Source: Scyliorhinus canicula (Eukaryota). From it: a DNA stretch of 64,000 nt. The translations under genes and the position numbers were made by a program. The DNA lies in contig NC_052164.1 of the NCBI RefSeq assembly GCF_902713615.1, forward strand, positions 100,663,235-100,727,234, given 5' to 3'. How positions within the stretch are numbered: position 1 is the first letter of the stretch; each line of letters starts with the position of its first letter. The notes under the pieces were generated by a model, which was not told the DNA's origin, made no database searches, and saw only the letters and a program-made list of their open reading frames with translations. Shown here one piece after another: positions 23,937 to 37,144 of this stretch.

Positions 23937-24145
23937 TTTTTTTTAATAAATTTAGATTACCCAATTATTTTTTCCAATTAAGGGGCAATTTAGCATGGCC
24001 AATCCACCTACTCTGCACATTTTTGGGTTGTGAGGGCGAAACCCACGCAGACACGGGGAGAATGTGCAAACTCCACACGGACAGTGACCCAGAGCCGGGA
24101 TCGAACCTGGGACCTCAGCGCCGTGAGGCGGTTGTGCTAACCACT
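23937..24145 (-). mobile_element. V-SINE short AT-tail type, slightly 5'-truncated, 16-bp TSD with 1 mismatch
   Basis: ATAAAACTAATAGTTG (23921-23936) and ATAAAAATAATAGTTG (24146-24161). Confidence 0.9.
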
Positions 24146-24439
24146 ATAAAAATAATAGTTGACCAACGGAAGTGACAGTCTTCAAATCTCTGTGGATATT
24201 TAAACAGGACGTCACAGAAAGGGAAAGACTTGCACCAGTGTTGAATATGTCAGCCTAAGTGTGAAGGAGCCACTCTAACCCAGCAGGTTCAGACCACAGC
24301 CTCTGTTCCATTAATGGGCAGTAGCCAGGCACTGACATCTGCCTCAGTAACGAATGGATTAGAGGAACTATCAGTTAGAGGCTAGCACTAGGCATCTGAT
24401 TAAATGGCCTCCTGTCAGAAAGTAATTGTAGTCAGTATG

Positions 24440-25230
24440 AAGCAGTCACTGAAACAGTCCTTGAACATTTGCACCAAGACCTGGATATTGGATTAACAAG
24501 GGAAACATTGGCACTACATAAGTGCCAGGCAATGACCATCTCCAACATGAGAGAATGGAACCATCGCCCCTTGCCATTCAATGAGATTACTGTACCTGAA
24601 TCTCCCACTATCAATAATCAATACCATTGACCAGAAACTGAACTGGACCAGCCCTATAAATACTGTAGCTACAAGAGCAGGTCGGAGGCAGGGAATTTTG
24701 TTACACTTCAAAGCCGCTCCATCATCTACAAGGCACGTCATGGCATACTCCCCACTTACCTGGATGAGCTCCAACAACATTCAAGGGGCGTGTTACCATC
24801 CAGGACAAAGCAGCCTGCTTGAATGCGCCCCATTCAAAAGCATTCGCTCCCTCCACCACAATGCACAGTAGAAGCCGTGTGTACCATATACAGGACAGCA
24901 GAACCTCACCAAGGCTCCTTAGGCAGCAGCTCCCAAACTCGTGACCACTGCAATCTAGAAGGACAAGGGCAGCAGATACCTGGGAATACCGCCACCTGGA
25001 CGTTCCTCTGCAAACCACACATCATCCTGACTAGGAAATTGTTCCTTTGCTGTCGCTGGGCCCAATTCCTGGAACTTCCTTCCTAACAGCACTGTGGGTG
25101 TACCTACACCACGTGGACCGCAGAGGTTCAAGTAGGAAGCTCATCACCGCCTTCTCAGAGCAGATTGAGGGTGGGCAGTAAATGCTCGCATAGCCAGCGA
25201 TGCCCACATCATGTGAAAGAATAAATAAAA
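24440..25230 (+). mobile_element. CR1-clade LINE 3' part (HSLHHRRTV family)
   Basis: TIDQKLNWTSPINTVATRAG, IRSLHH. Tail GGGTGGGCAGTAAATGCT..AGCCAGCGATGCCCACATC. Confidence 0.8.
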
Positions 25231-25611
25231 GTTTGGGGCTGGTTTGGGATTGCAGGAGGCGGGTTTTCATGGTGGGCGCAGGAATCGGGAGGCGGGTGTG
25301 AATCCGGGTCTCAACTCCACCCCCCAGTGGGAAGAAGACGTTTATTGGTATTTTGGTGGTGGCGAGCTGTCAGTCAGGTCAGGGACAGTTTTCCTGGCCA
25401 ATTGATGTTTGGGATTGTGGGTGGTGGTGGTGGTGGGGGAATCATTGGAAGTGTGCCCATGTTCGTGTTCGCCACGGCAGTCATTGCCGTGGCTGCATTT
25501 CAAAAGTAGCTTTTCAGTTTGGACACAATGGAGGATGCCGACATTTCCTATTTCAGAGGCCTGGAATCAGGGATGGGGGAGCCAGAGAACTTGTTGAAGT
25601 TTATTAGCCCT

Positions 25612-25838
25612 GGCACAGTGGCGCAGTGGTTAGCACTGCTGCCTCATGGCACCAAGGACCTGGGTTCGATCCCGGCCTCGGGTCACTGTCCGTGTGGAGT
25701 TTGTACATTCTCCCCGTGTCTGCGTGGGTTTCACAACCCACAACCCAGAAAATGTGCAGGGTAGGTGGATTGGCCATGCTAAATTGCCCCTTAAGTGGAA
25801 AAAATAATAATTAGGTACTCTAAATTTTTTTTTTTTTA
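25612..25838 (+). mobile_element. V-SINE short AT-tail type
   Basis: GGCACAGTGGCGCAGTGGTTAGCA...TAGGTACTCTAAATTTTT. Confidence 0.9.
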
Positions 25839-25839
25839 A

Positions 25840-26062
25840 TTAGAATCTGGAATTAAATGTCTAATGACAACAATGAAGCCATTGTTGATTGTTGCAAAAA
25901 TCAATCTAGTTCACTTAGGGAAAGAAATCTGCTGTTCTTACCCGGTCTGGCCTACATGTGACTCCAGACCACAGCAATGTGGTTGACTCTTAACTACTCT
26001 CAGGGATGGGCAACAAATGCTGACTCCGCCAGTAACACCCACATCCCATAAATAAATTAAAA
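25840..26062 (+). mobile_element. MetaSINE/SlmI-like SINE, 3' part
   Basis: GTTCAC..TAGGGAAAGAAATCTGC..CTTACCCGGTCTGGCCTACATGTGACTCCAGACC. The tail matches the LINE end at 25170-25230. Confidence 0.65.
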
Positions 26063-26065
26063 GAA

Positions 26066-27600
26066 AACACACACACACACTCACACTCATTCATTCATCA
26101 TCACGTCGCACCCCTCCCCTACACACTCACACTCGCTCACACACACTCGCTCGCACACACTCACACTCATTCATTCATCATCACCTCGCACCCCTCCCCT
26201 ACACACACACTCGCTCACACACACTCACACTCGCTCACACACACTCACACTCGCTCACACACACACTCACACTCGCTCACACACACTCATACTCGCTCAC
26301 ACACACACATTCATTCATCATAACCTCGCGCCCCTCCCCTACACACACACACACACTCACTCACACACACTCACACTCGCTCACACACACTCACACTCGC
26401 TCACACACACTCACACTCGCTCACACACACTCATTCATTCATCATCACCTCGCGCCCCTCCCCTACACACACACACTCGCTCACACACACTCACACTCGC
26501 TCACACACACACTCACACTTGCTCACACACACACTCACACTCGCTCACACACATTCATTCATCATCACCTCACGCCCCTCCCCTACACACACACACTCGC
26601 TCACACACACACTCACATTTGCTCACACACACTCACACTCGCTCACACACACTCACTCATCATCACCTCACGCCCCTCCCCTACACACACACACACTCGC
26701 TCACACACACTCGCTCACACACACACTCACACTCATTCATTCATCATCACTTCACGCCCCTCCCCTACACACACACACTCGCTCACACACCCACACACAC
26801 TCGCACACACAGAAACACACACACACCTCGTTCACCATCACCTTGCACCCCTCCCCTACACACACATATTCACTCCCACATACACACATAAACACCGAAA
26901 CACTCACATACATTCACACACCCTCACACATTCACTCATTCCCCTCCCCTGCACATACACACATACACTCACACACACTCATTCACCCACTCACTCACAC
27001 ACAGAAACACTCACACACTCATGCACACACATTCTACTCAAACACATGCACACTATTCAAACATTCACCATCGCCTCGCACCCTTCACCTCTACACACGC
27101 ACACTCATTCTCTCACTTACACATTAACCATCAGGTCGTGCTCCTACCTCCCACACCCCCTCCCACCTCACACTCTCACCAGACACTAACTCAAATATTC
27201 GTCATGAACACATTCTTGAACACAACTCCCACACACATACACTTACTCTAGCACAGTTACACACACCCACACGCTTATTTAAACACACACTTACTCTAAA
27301 ACAGTTACACACCCTTACTCAAACTCGCACTTACTCTAACACAGTTACACACACACACGCTTACTTAAACACACACTTACTCAAACACACACTTACTCAA
27401 ACACAGTTACACAGACACACACCCAAACACACACACTGTAACATACTCTTACCCTCCACACACACACACACACAACTACCTCAACCTGCTTTCCTGCACA
27501 TACATTGCATCCCGTTCCCTCTCACACATTCTCTCTCTCAGGTACATACACATCACACTCACACACAGATACCACAATTCCTCACACCCACACTCGCTCA
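26066..27600 (+). repeat. Compound CA-rich tandem repeat with a higher-order unit
   Basis: (CACACTCGCTCACACA)n blocks punctuated by about 8 copies of CATTCATCATCACCTCGCRCCCCTCCCCTACACAC. Later units of CACACTTACTCAAA. Confidence 0.95.
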
Positions 27601-28902
27601 CCCCAGTGTAATTAATGCTTTACTACAGGTCTTAACTGAGAGACAGTCTGTAATATTTTTTTTAAAAGGCCGGATAGACACTTAAGCTTTAGAAACGGAA
27701 AAGAAAATGGGAAGGAGGCAGGGAAATGGGATTTGATAAAGATCTGGATGCAGCCTTAATCGACCAAATTACCTCCATAATGATTCAAAGAGGTGCGACA
27801 TTCCCCAGAAAGAATTCTGTCCCAGAAGATTAGAAATGTTTGATGAATAAATAGTTTACCAATGAATATTCTGAAAATTCAGACAGTAGAGGAAAAATGT
27901 ACCTTTCACCCTCTTCTGACGCTCTTTGGTAAGTTATTGCTCCGATGTTAAGATATCCAAGGGTGTTATTCTCATATATTCATTGATCAACCCTCATTCA
28001 AAAGTCCCAGTCAAAGTGAACCTTTTCTGCAGCTCCTTATAGTGCGACCAAACTCCTGGTAGCCTCCACAAAAATCAGGACAAGGTAAGAGAGCGCAAGT
28101 GTGAGGGTACAAGGAACAGTGAGAGAGAGGGAGGAATTGGCAGTGATAGGAGTTTCAGACTGAGGGGTGTCTGTCGAACTAGCCCTGCCTAAGGCAGTGT
28201 GACCCTGCTCCCCACCCCTGTCAAACAACAAGGCTGCCTTTATTCCCGCGGAAAGGGTTTGCAAACAGGACACTTGTTCATTGATGGGAGAAAGGCTTTC
28301 AGTTTGAAATGCCAGAATGAAGAAATGTAAGCATTAAATGTCAACAGTGCCCATGAAAACCCCCACACAGCCTCACTCCCAACCTGGCTGCAAAGAGGCC
28401 TAACACATTCCCGTTTGCCTTTAATTCCCAAGCTCATTTCAACACGACACCCAAGCAGTTACAAACTAGCAAGAAGGTCACAGATTAACCTCATTCCACA
28501 ACTTTTAAAATATTTTTTTTAAAGCCGCGTTTCTCAAAGGTTTTCCGTCAAAAAAAATCAGAGTTGCACAATGATATAATCCCCTGCAATACTTTCAGTT
28601 TGCAGATCAATTTCTTAAATTCAGATTAATCCGCTTTCCTCTAACTGGGAAAATTGACAGTGTATCAGCCACAGGCAGTGACAGTGTGTGAGAACAAGGC
28701 TGGAAGTGGTGTGGGTCACAAACTGGGCAGGTTGTTTTATAAAGTGAATATGGAAAAATAATTTTACTATCTTTTATATTACAAATACTAAAACAAACCC
28801 TGTTGAAGTCACAATTTTTATAACATCACGGCACACACACGTACACAAACCCACGCATGCACCCACTCATACATACACAAGCGCACACAAACATGCACAG
28901 CC

Positions 28903-29078
28903 CACTGCTGCCCTCACGGCGCCGAGGATCCGGGTTCGATCCCAGCCCCGGGTCACTGTCCGTGTGGAGTTTGCACATTCTCCCCGTGTCTGCGTGGGTC
29001 TCACCCCCACAACCCGAAAGATGCGCAGGGGAGGTGGATTGGCCACGCTAAATTGCCCCTTAATTGTAAAATTAAAAA
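28903..29078 (+). mobile_element. 5'-truncated V-SINE
   Basis: GGTTCGATCCCAGCCCCGGGTCACTGTCCGTGTGGAG...AAATTGCCCCTTAATTG. Confidence 0.85.
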
Positions 29079-30509
29079 GTGCACCCACCAGCTCACACAC
29101 CGACACTCACACATGTACACACACACACACACACACCAATGCCGACGTGCACACATGCAAACATACACACAGGAAATATCTGAAGTTTGCCCCCACATAC
29201 ATCAGCTGTAGGCATCCTGTGGCCTATCTGGGTTCAGAGTGCAGACCATGAAACATTTTGTTAACCTTTGCTCAGGCGCAGGGTCGCCACATTCTGCTGA
29301 TTTCCATCCACGTCGGTATTGGCCCTATCGGCTTGACTGAGGTGCTTCGTACATAAAGCGAGGGTGAGTGACGTTAGGAGAGTGCGGATTGCTCACAACA
29401 TTGACTGTGAGAGCCGTGCGCTCCCTGTGTCGAAAGTATAAATATTAGTTTTGTTTTTATCCTTTGAAGTTGATGACCGTTCTATTAATACATGAATGAT
29501 TAAGCATTTCCTACAACTCATTATGAAATATTTGGTGTGTATTAAATGTATTTAATCTCATTCGTGGGGGTCATGGTCAGTGAACAAGCCCAATTTCAAT
29601 CTTGGGGCCCATTGAGATGAAGAAGGGACACTCTTGCGGCCCACTCACCAGCCTGGGCTGCCCATCACTGACATAGAGGCTCCCTTGCTGGGTAACACAG
29701 AAGAGCTGCACTGAACACATCCAAAATCAGACCCAACTCTGGGAAAGTTCCCAGGAAGTAGCAATGCATGGAGGGGGGGGATCAGAAATTAATGAAGTGG
29801 CCCTGGATCATCACCTTTCAGAATATATTAAAGTACTCGACAAAGTTTGGTGGAATCATTAAAACCTTACAGCGCGGATAAAGGCCATTCAGCCCATCAT
29901 GTTTGTGCCAGCCCTTTGAGAAAGCTGTCCAACTGGTCTGCACTTTCCCCCATAGCCCAGTAAAATCATCCTTTCAACAATTTACTGAATTCCCTGTTGA
30001 AAATTATTATTGGATTTGTTTCAATTCAGCCAGCGTGTTATTCCAGATCACTGCGAAAACACTTTATGCTCAGAACACCTCTGATTTATTGGCTAATTTG
30101 TCCCCTCCCACTTTCCCTCCCTATCAAAACTCCTCTGTCTTTTTAGCACGTTGATTAAATCTCCTTCTTCGACTGATGGCAGTTTTAAATGGCTCTGTCC
30201 TCCCCAGGGGATATTGATCCATGCCAGACGAGATCTCAATGGTCCCTTGAGTCACTCAGCATCTGATCCAAGTGGGCTAGATTCCCAAAGTTGCCTTCAC
30301 AGCTGGCCAGCCCGTCAACATGGGAGAGATTGGGCAGCACAATGGAGCTTGGTTCAGACATCCCCTGAGCCCCATGCCATCCAGCTGTGCCCACTTTGTT
30401 TCCCTTCGCCCTCTTTAGCCCAGGGAGGCCACATTCAATGACTCCCAGAATCCCTAGTTGGGGGGTTGGTTGAGCAGAGGCCGGGCATTGACCTTTATCT
30501 TGACTCCTG

Positions 30510-30905
30510 TCTGCTGGTCAGGAAGGAGATATTGGTTTCAGAGGGAGAGCCCCGTAGTTTTACCAGATTAATACCCGTGAATTCCAATGATTGAATTACG
30601 AGGCGATGCTACATAAACTAAGCTTGTACTGACTGGAATTTGGATGGCTTTGAGGTAACTATGTCAAGGTTGTCAAGGTATCAAGGGAAGCAGACGGAAC
30701 AAATAGGGAGAAAAGATTTCCATTGGTTTAGGAAGCCGAGGGCCAGCGAGCAGAAAACTTAGAGCCAGAGCTTTCAGAGTGAAATGCGGAAACATTTCCA
30801 CACACAGAGGGTGGTGGAAGTTTGGAACTCGCTTCCACAAATAGCAATTAATGTTGGATCAATTGTTAATTTTAACACAGAGTTTGATAGATTTTTGCTA
30901 TCTAA
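30510..30905 (+). mobile_element. Old CR1 3' fragment
   Basis: TTTACCAGATTAATACC and CACACAGAGGGTGGTGGAAGTTTGGAACTCGCTTCCACAA (TQRVVEVWNSLPQ). Confidence 0.65.
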
Positions 30906-30909
30906 GGCA

Positions 30910-31160
30910 CAATCATAATAATTGTTATTGTCACAAGTGGGCTTACATTAACACTGCAATTAAGTTATTGTGAAAATCCCCTCATTCCGGCGCCTGTTCT
31001 GGCACACAGAGGGAGAATTCACCAAACAAGCACGTCTTTCGGGACTTATGGGAGGAAACCGGAGCACCCGGAGGAAACCCACACAGACACGGGGAGAACG
31101 TGCAGACGCCGCACAGAGATGATTCAAGCCATGAATCAAACCCGGGACCCTGGTTCGAGG
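30910..31160 (-). mobile_element. V-SINE, (TTA)n tail type
   Basis: TTATTGTCACAAGTGGGCTTACATTAACACTGCA...CATTCCGGCGCCTGTTC..GGGAGGAAACCGGAGCACCCGGAGG. Confidence 0.85.
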
Positions 31161-31884
31161 AAGGTATAGAGTCATACAGATCTCCATTGGATGGCCTCTC
31201 CCATTGAGTGGTGGAGCAGGTTTGAGGGGCTGAATGGCCTCTCCCCATTCTCATGACCAGATGGAGGCCATTGAGCCCTTTGAGCCTTTTCCATCATTCA
31301 TTGAGTTCATGGCAGATCTATAATCATAACCCCATTCCTCTGCTGCTTAATGTTTTCTGCTATTTATCTGGCAAAAAACATAGTGAGATATTGCTGGGGC
31401 ATGAACTGCCCTGTAGTGTGAGTGTGCCAAAACTGGGAGATTTCTGTAGGTTATGTCTTGAAGAAATAATGTGATCCCCAAGAGGGGGCAGAAAATTGGT
31501 TTCTCCAGAACTTTGCCAGTTTGATGTGGAAATGAGCCAGGATATAGGGGCCTTGTTCTAGCTGCAAGTTAAGTGATACATGGTCAAGATAATTACAAGC
31601 AGTCAGAGCCACTCAACATGTGAGCACCTGCTCATTAACATTCCAGCAGTAATTCCAGCTATTAATCATGGACCATGAACAATTTTGACGTCAAAAGGTC
31701 TTTAGAGTGGCTAAGCACTGGGGTGTGATACCTGTTGGATATCGTGGGAGAAAATAATATGCAGTGGGCATCAAATTGTCTCGAAGCGAACAATAGGCCA
31801 GTTCGGGCGCACTGTTACAGCTGATCGCAGTAACCTGGCAAAGAAAGATCAGGGGAGATACAAAATTTCCTTTCAAGGTGCGTC

Positions 31885-32215
31885 TCAGCCAATGAACGAT
31901 TGTCGAGGTGCAGCCAGTGTTGTAATGAGGGAAACGCAGAGGCTAGTTTTTACACAGCAAGCTCCCACAAACAACAATATGATAATAGACTGGATAATCT
32001 GTTTTAATGTTGGTGGTTGAAGGATAAAGGTTGAGCGGGAATCTGGGGAGAACTCACCTGCTTTTTATCCCTGTGGGAGCAGATGGGCCTCGGTTTAATG
32101 TCTTATGTGGAAGGTGGCACCTCAGACGGTGCAGCACACCCTCAGTACTGCACTGGATGGCTTACCTACTCAAGCCCCCTTGACTGCACCTAGAATCTTT
32201 GATTTTGAAGTGTTA
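31885..32215 (-). mobile_element. Deu-domain SINE
   Basis: Contains a single copy of the minisatellite motif (GACGGTGCAGCACACCCTCAGTACTG) and GGGCCTCGGTTTAATGTC. Confidence 0.75.
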
Positions 32216-32335
32216 TCAGTCCGGGACGGGCAACACCTACAGACCCCTCAGAGGCTTGTCGGGAAAAGCTCAAACTGGTGATTCCTCCATCAGTCAAACA
32301 GCCCGCCATAATTCAATGTCTGTGGTGACAGAAAT

Positions 32336-32675
32336 GGGCAGCACGGTGGCACAGTGGTTAGCACTGCCACCTCACAGCTCCAGGGGCTCAGGTTCAATTC
32401 CGGCCTCTGGTTACTGTCTGTCTGGTGTTTGCACGTTCTCCCCGTGTCTGCGTGGGTTTCCTCCGGGTGCTCCGGTTTCCTCCCACAGTCCAAAGATGTG
32501 CAGGTTAGGTGGATTGGCCATGATCAATTGCCCCTTAGTGTCTAAAAAAGGTTGGGTGGGGTTACTAGGTTACTGGGACAGGGTGGAGGTGTGGGCTTAA
32601 ATAGGGTGCTCTTTCCAAGGGCCAGTACAGACCCGATCGGCTGAATTCTCTTCTTCTGCACTGTAGATTGTATGA
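32336..32675 (+). mobile_element. V-SINE, CR1 tail
   Basis: Full head, central domain and tail. Confidence 0.9.
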
Positions 32676-33274
32676 AATACTGGCCATTCAGACTACAAGT
32701 CACCTTGCAATTGTGAAAAAAATGTCAATAATTACAAGTAATTGACATTATCTCTACAGCAATAAACAAGTATTGAATTCCTCATTGAGTCATTGAACAC
32801 ACCCCATTAATCTGACTTTTATCATCATTAGCCGGGCAATTGGTGGCTAGCATCAGCACGGAATTGGCATGGGATAACATTCCCAAGACTGGATGTTGGA
32901 TGGGCCTATCACAGAGAGAATGGGAGCGTCGGGAGATGTGCTAGTGGGTAGGTGGAACTATGCGATGTCAGGATAAAATGTGGAAGCTGCTCTTTGTGTG
33001 TTATTGTGGATGAAGGGGCAACAAGTAGATGAGAAAGAAAAGGATGGAGGAAATGGAAGTTGGAAACTTGGGCTCTTGCTTGGGAAAGGTAGATAAGACA
33101 GGCTCAGGCTACGATGAGAGAGGTGAAAGTGGAACAAAACAGTGGTAGCCGGTGCGATAATGGAGCAGAGCTGTTGCCTATTGCTTCAATTCTTCTCTCT
33201 CTCTGGTCGTTACATTTGTTTGTTATCACCTTAGAGAGGCTTTTGACACCACCTTGCTTCTTCCCTGATATTCT

Positions 33275-33452
33275 GGGGCTGTTTAGCACAGGGCTAAATT
33301 GCTGGCTTTGAAAGCAGACCAAGCAGGCCAGCAGCACGGTTCGATTCCCGTAACATCCTCCCCGAACAGGCGCCGGAATGTGGCGACTAGGGGCTTTTCA
33401 CAGTAACTTCATTTGAAGCCTACTCCTGACAATAAGCGATTTTCATTTAATT
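33275..33452 (+). mobile_element. Short tRNA-derived SINE with a different head, no V domain, shared GGCGCCGGAATGTGGCGACTAGGGGC tail
   Basis: GGGGCTGTTTAGCACAGGGCTAAA...GGTTCGATTCCCG. A reverse copy lies at 41950-42140. Confidence 0.85.
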
Positions 33453-33715
33453 TCTTCAGAGATTCGTTATTCACACATCCAATTTTCCTTCTTCCTCTTC
33501 CGTTTTTACCCCCAATTTCTCCGGTTGCCAGGACAACACGTTGCTGGGCCTTTGTTTCCAATATTCGTTCTTGGCTGTCTTTCTCTCTGTAATTGGACAG
33601 AGCAATCATTTTGATTCCTTTGCAACTACTCTTGACCTAACCCGTTGATCGGTCTCTCTGTCCATCAGCTGATTAGGAACGTCCTCCGCCAAACCCAAAC
33701 CCGCCAAACCCAAAC

Positions 33716-34060
33716 GGGCAGCACGGTAGCATGGTGGTTAGCATAAATGCTTCACAGCTCCAGGGTCCCAGGTTCGATTCCCGGCTGGGTCACTGCCCGT
33801 GCGGAGTCTGCACGTCCTCCCCGTGTGTGCGTGGGTTTCCTCCGGGTGCTCCGGTTTCCTCCCACAGTCCAAAGATGTGCGGGTTAGGTGGATTGGCCAT
33901 GTTAAATTGCCCGTAGTGTCCTAAAAAGTAAGGTTAAGGGGGGGGGGGGGGTTGTTGGGTTACGGGTATAGGGTAGATACATGGGTTTGAGTAGGGCGAT
34001 CATTGCTCGGCACAACATCGAGGGCCGAAGGGCCTGTTCTGTGCTGTACTGTTCTATGTA
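33716..34060 (+). mobile_element. V-SINE, CR1 tail, full length
   Basis: Tail GAGGGCCGAAGGGCCTGTTCTGTGCTGTACTGTTCTATG, nearly the same as the CR1 3' end at 832-865. Confidence 0.95.
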
Positions 34061-34960
34061 TCGTCAATTGACAGGGTTTCTAATAAATAGTTTCCACTGT
34101 GGTCAGAGGATAAAGTGTCTGTAATATGAAGTTGTAGTTAGTTACATGACAACCTTCCCAACTTCCTGTGGGTATGAAGTAGTCCTGGCTAAATTTAGCC
34201 CCCGATTGAAGAAATATTCTCCACACGCTTCCTGCCTGTCTGGCACTGCCGGCTGTAAAGGACAACCACTTATTATCACAAAGTAACATCAGAGGGTGTG
34301 AATAAACTCAATCCGCAGCCACAGGATATCAGACATCCTGGTTGCAGGAGCGCCCACCTGACCTGAGCCCAATGCTAAACCTTTTGGATTTCCGTGCTAT
34401 TAAATTATATTTATATTTCTTGGTAGATTTACTGTTGAATGTGAGTGAAGCTAACAATAAGTAGAATGCATAACTCTTTTTTTCCCCCACTCTTGATTCT
34501 CTGAGGAGAGAGGGGAAGCAAGCGAATGAGAACCTGAAGAGGGAAGAAGAGCGAGAAACAGATAAACTCACGGAGAGAGAGAATGAGAGAAACAGACAAA
34601 TGAAGAGAAAGAGAGAGAAAGATGAAAAGATAGAAAGAGAAAAGCAAATACACAGATGGAGTTAGAGAGAGAGAGAAAGAGGATGGGCAGGAAGATAAAC
34701 AGATGGAATGAGAAAGGGGGCAGACAAATAAAAAATAAATGGATATGTACTTCAACCAATTGGCTGAAAGAGGGTATATGAATGAGAAACTGTGAGAGAT
34801 AAGAGAGAGAGAGATAAAGGGAGACAGAGTTGGAATGAGAATCCTAGAAGACAGTAAATGAGATGTTAAAATTGCCCACCAGTCCCTGACCCAAATAACT
34901 GCTGTGGAAAACACACAAGTTATCGAGTGACAATGAAACAGCGACAGTGGCTCAAGGAAG

Positions 34961-35360
34961 GGGCAGCACGGTGGCACAGTGGTTAACATTGCTGCCGCAC
35001 GGCGCCGAGGTCCCAGGTTCGATCCCGGCTCTGGGTCACTGTCCGTATGGAGTTTGCACATTCTCCCCGTGTTTGCGTGGGTCTCATCCCCACGACCCAA
35101 AAGATGTGCAGATTAGGTGGATTGGCCACACTAAATTAATAATAATAATAATAATCTTTATTATTGTCACAAGTAGGCTTACATTAACACTGCAATGAAG
35201 TTACTGTGGAAAGCCCCTCGTCGCCACATTCCGGCGCCTGTACGGGTACACAGAGGGAGAATTCGGAATGTCCAAATCACCTAACAAGTACGTCTTTGGG
35301 GACTTGTGGGAGCTCTTAATTGGAAAAAGATAAATGGGTACTCTAAATTTAAAAAAAAAG
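34961..35360 (+). mobile_element. V-SINE AT-tail type interrupted by an inverted (TTA)n-tail SINE piece (about 35137-35312)
   Basis: The host CTAAATT|...|CTCTTAATTGGAAAAAGATAAATGGGTACTC is split by a minus-strand SINE 3' half. Confidence 0.85.
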
Positions 35361-35514
35361 AAAAAATTCTTTCTGCCCATATCCCACAGGATCCTATTTG
35401 GGGACCTGTAACTATTTGGATGGGCACTTTGTATCAAACACAGACACAATCCAACGAGCAAATCTAATCTGATGACCAGAGTCTCTGTCGAACTGGGTCA
35501 CACCTCACTCAGAG

Positions 35515-35813
35515 GATCCCTACAATGCGGAAGGAGGCTATTTGGCCCATCGAATCTGCACCGACCCTTCAAAGAGAACACTACCCAGTCCCAATCCCCC
35601 ACCTACCCGGTAACCCCACCCAACCTTTGGACACAAAGGGATAATTTAGCATGGCCAATCCACCTAACCCGCTTTGGACTGTGGGAGGATGCCGGAGCAC
35701 CCGGAGGAAACCCACACAGACCCAGGGAGAACATGCAGACTCCGCACAGACAGTGACCCGAGGTCGGAATTGTACCCGGGTCCCTGGCAATGTGAGGTAG
35801 CAGTGCTAACCAC
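35515..35813 (-). mobile_element. V-SINE, CR1 tail
   Basis: GCGGAAGGAGGCTATTTGGCCCATCG...GCAGTGCTAACCAC. Confidence 0.85.
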
Positions 35814-35984
35814 CTGTACATATGTCAGCACTTCTAAACTTGTCAATAAAATCATCAAGTGGGTGGGTTGGATCTCTATGTTCACAAGTTGAAAAATCAC
35901 ACATGGCATTTTATAATTTTTCGTTCTTTCAATATCTTTTCCTCATCCGCACACAGGTCCAGCCCGAGAGAGGAAGCGGGATGC

Positions 35985-36350
35985 CTTTTATTAATTTATT
36001 CACAGGATGAGTGTACCTGCATTTATTGCCCGTGGGAAGTTGATAGTGGGATGTCCTCCTCCTAAATTGAGCTGAGTTTCTTACTCTGACATTCCAGAGG
36101 ACACATTGCCATGGGACTGGAGTCACATGTAAACCAGACTGAGTCAATTGGCAGATTTCCCTCCTTAAAGGCATTAGTGAACCAGATGGTTTTTTATAAC
36201 GATCCAGTAGTTTCACGGTCGCTATTCCAGATTTATTTAATTAACTGAATTTAAATTTCCCAGCTGCCAGGTGGGATTTGTACTCACGTTGCCAGATCAT
36301 CTGTCCAGCCCCCCGGGGGTTACTAGTTCAGTAACATAAACAATATGCTC
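35985..36350 (-). mobile_element. MetaSINE/SlmI-like SINE
   Basis: CTGGAGTCACATGTAAACCAGAC..GGCAGATTTCCCTCCTTAAAGGCATTAGTGAACCAGATGG. Confidence 0.65.
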
Positions 36351-37144
36351 GGCATATCAGTTCTTAACACCACAAACCAGGACAAAACCATTCATAATGC
36401 TTCCCTCGCCACCAACCTCACATCAAGTCACATTAAGTGGAATGGGGATTTTGTACTGAACTATCTGTGGGTTTAGCCCTGTTCTCCTGCCACCCTAAGC
36501 TGCACAGGAGAAGTTAACAAGGAAATGCTTGTACATTCAAGGGAACGGAGGGGCTAGGAGCAGGAGTAGGCTATTCTGCCCTTCACACCTGTTTTTCTGT
36601 TCCACTAGATCATGGCTGATCTACGTCAATGTCATTTTCCAGTACTATCCCTTGATATCTTTAACATCCCGAAATCTCTCAATCTCTGTCTTGAACATGC
36701 TCAGTGACTGAGCCTCCACAGTCCCCTGGGGTAGAGAATTCCAAAGATTCACCGCCCTCTGAGTTAAGACATTCCTCCTCATCTCAGACCCAAATGACCC
36801 GGCTCTTATTCTGCGATAAATATCCGGACGGTACTGCCTGGATGCCCCGATTACACTGCCAGGGTGCCAGGGGGAATGTCAGAGTACTACCCTGACCACC
36901 CAGAGGGCTCTATTGTCTACCAAGACCCCTCACGTTGCCATCACGCCGAGCACACGCTTATGGAAACCAGTACAAATCGACACCTGGTCAAGGCCATGCA
37001 GGTGCAGCCGTTCACTCACGGACACCGGGAGAATGGGGAGTTGTGATATTTAAATGCGCCTTTAAATATTGTTATCTGGATCACGCCGCAATGGACATAG
37101 CGAGTTTGGTTGCTCGAATCCCCCCTCCCTCTATAACCAGTATA

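Noticed and set aside
26519-27251. His/Thr-rich ORFs
   Set aside because: Translations of CA microsatellite.
34429-35100. 223-aa hydrophobic ORF resembling a membrane protein
   Set aside because: A SINE translation fused to the complement of a GA-rich low-complexity tract.
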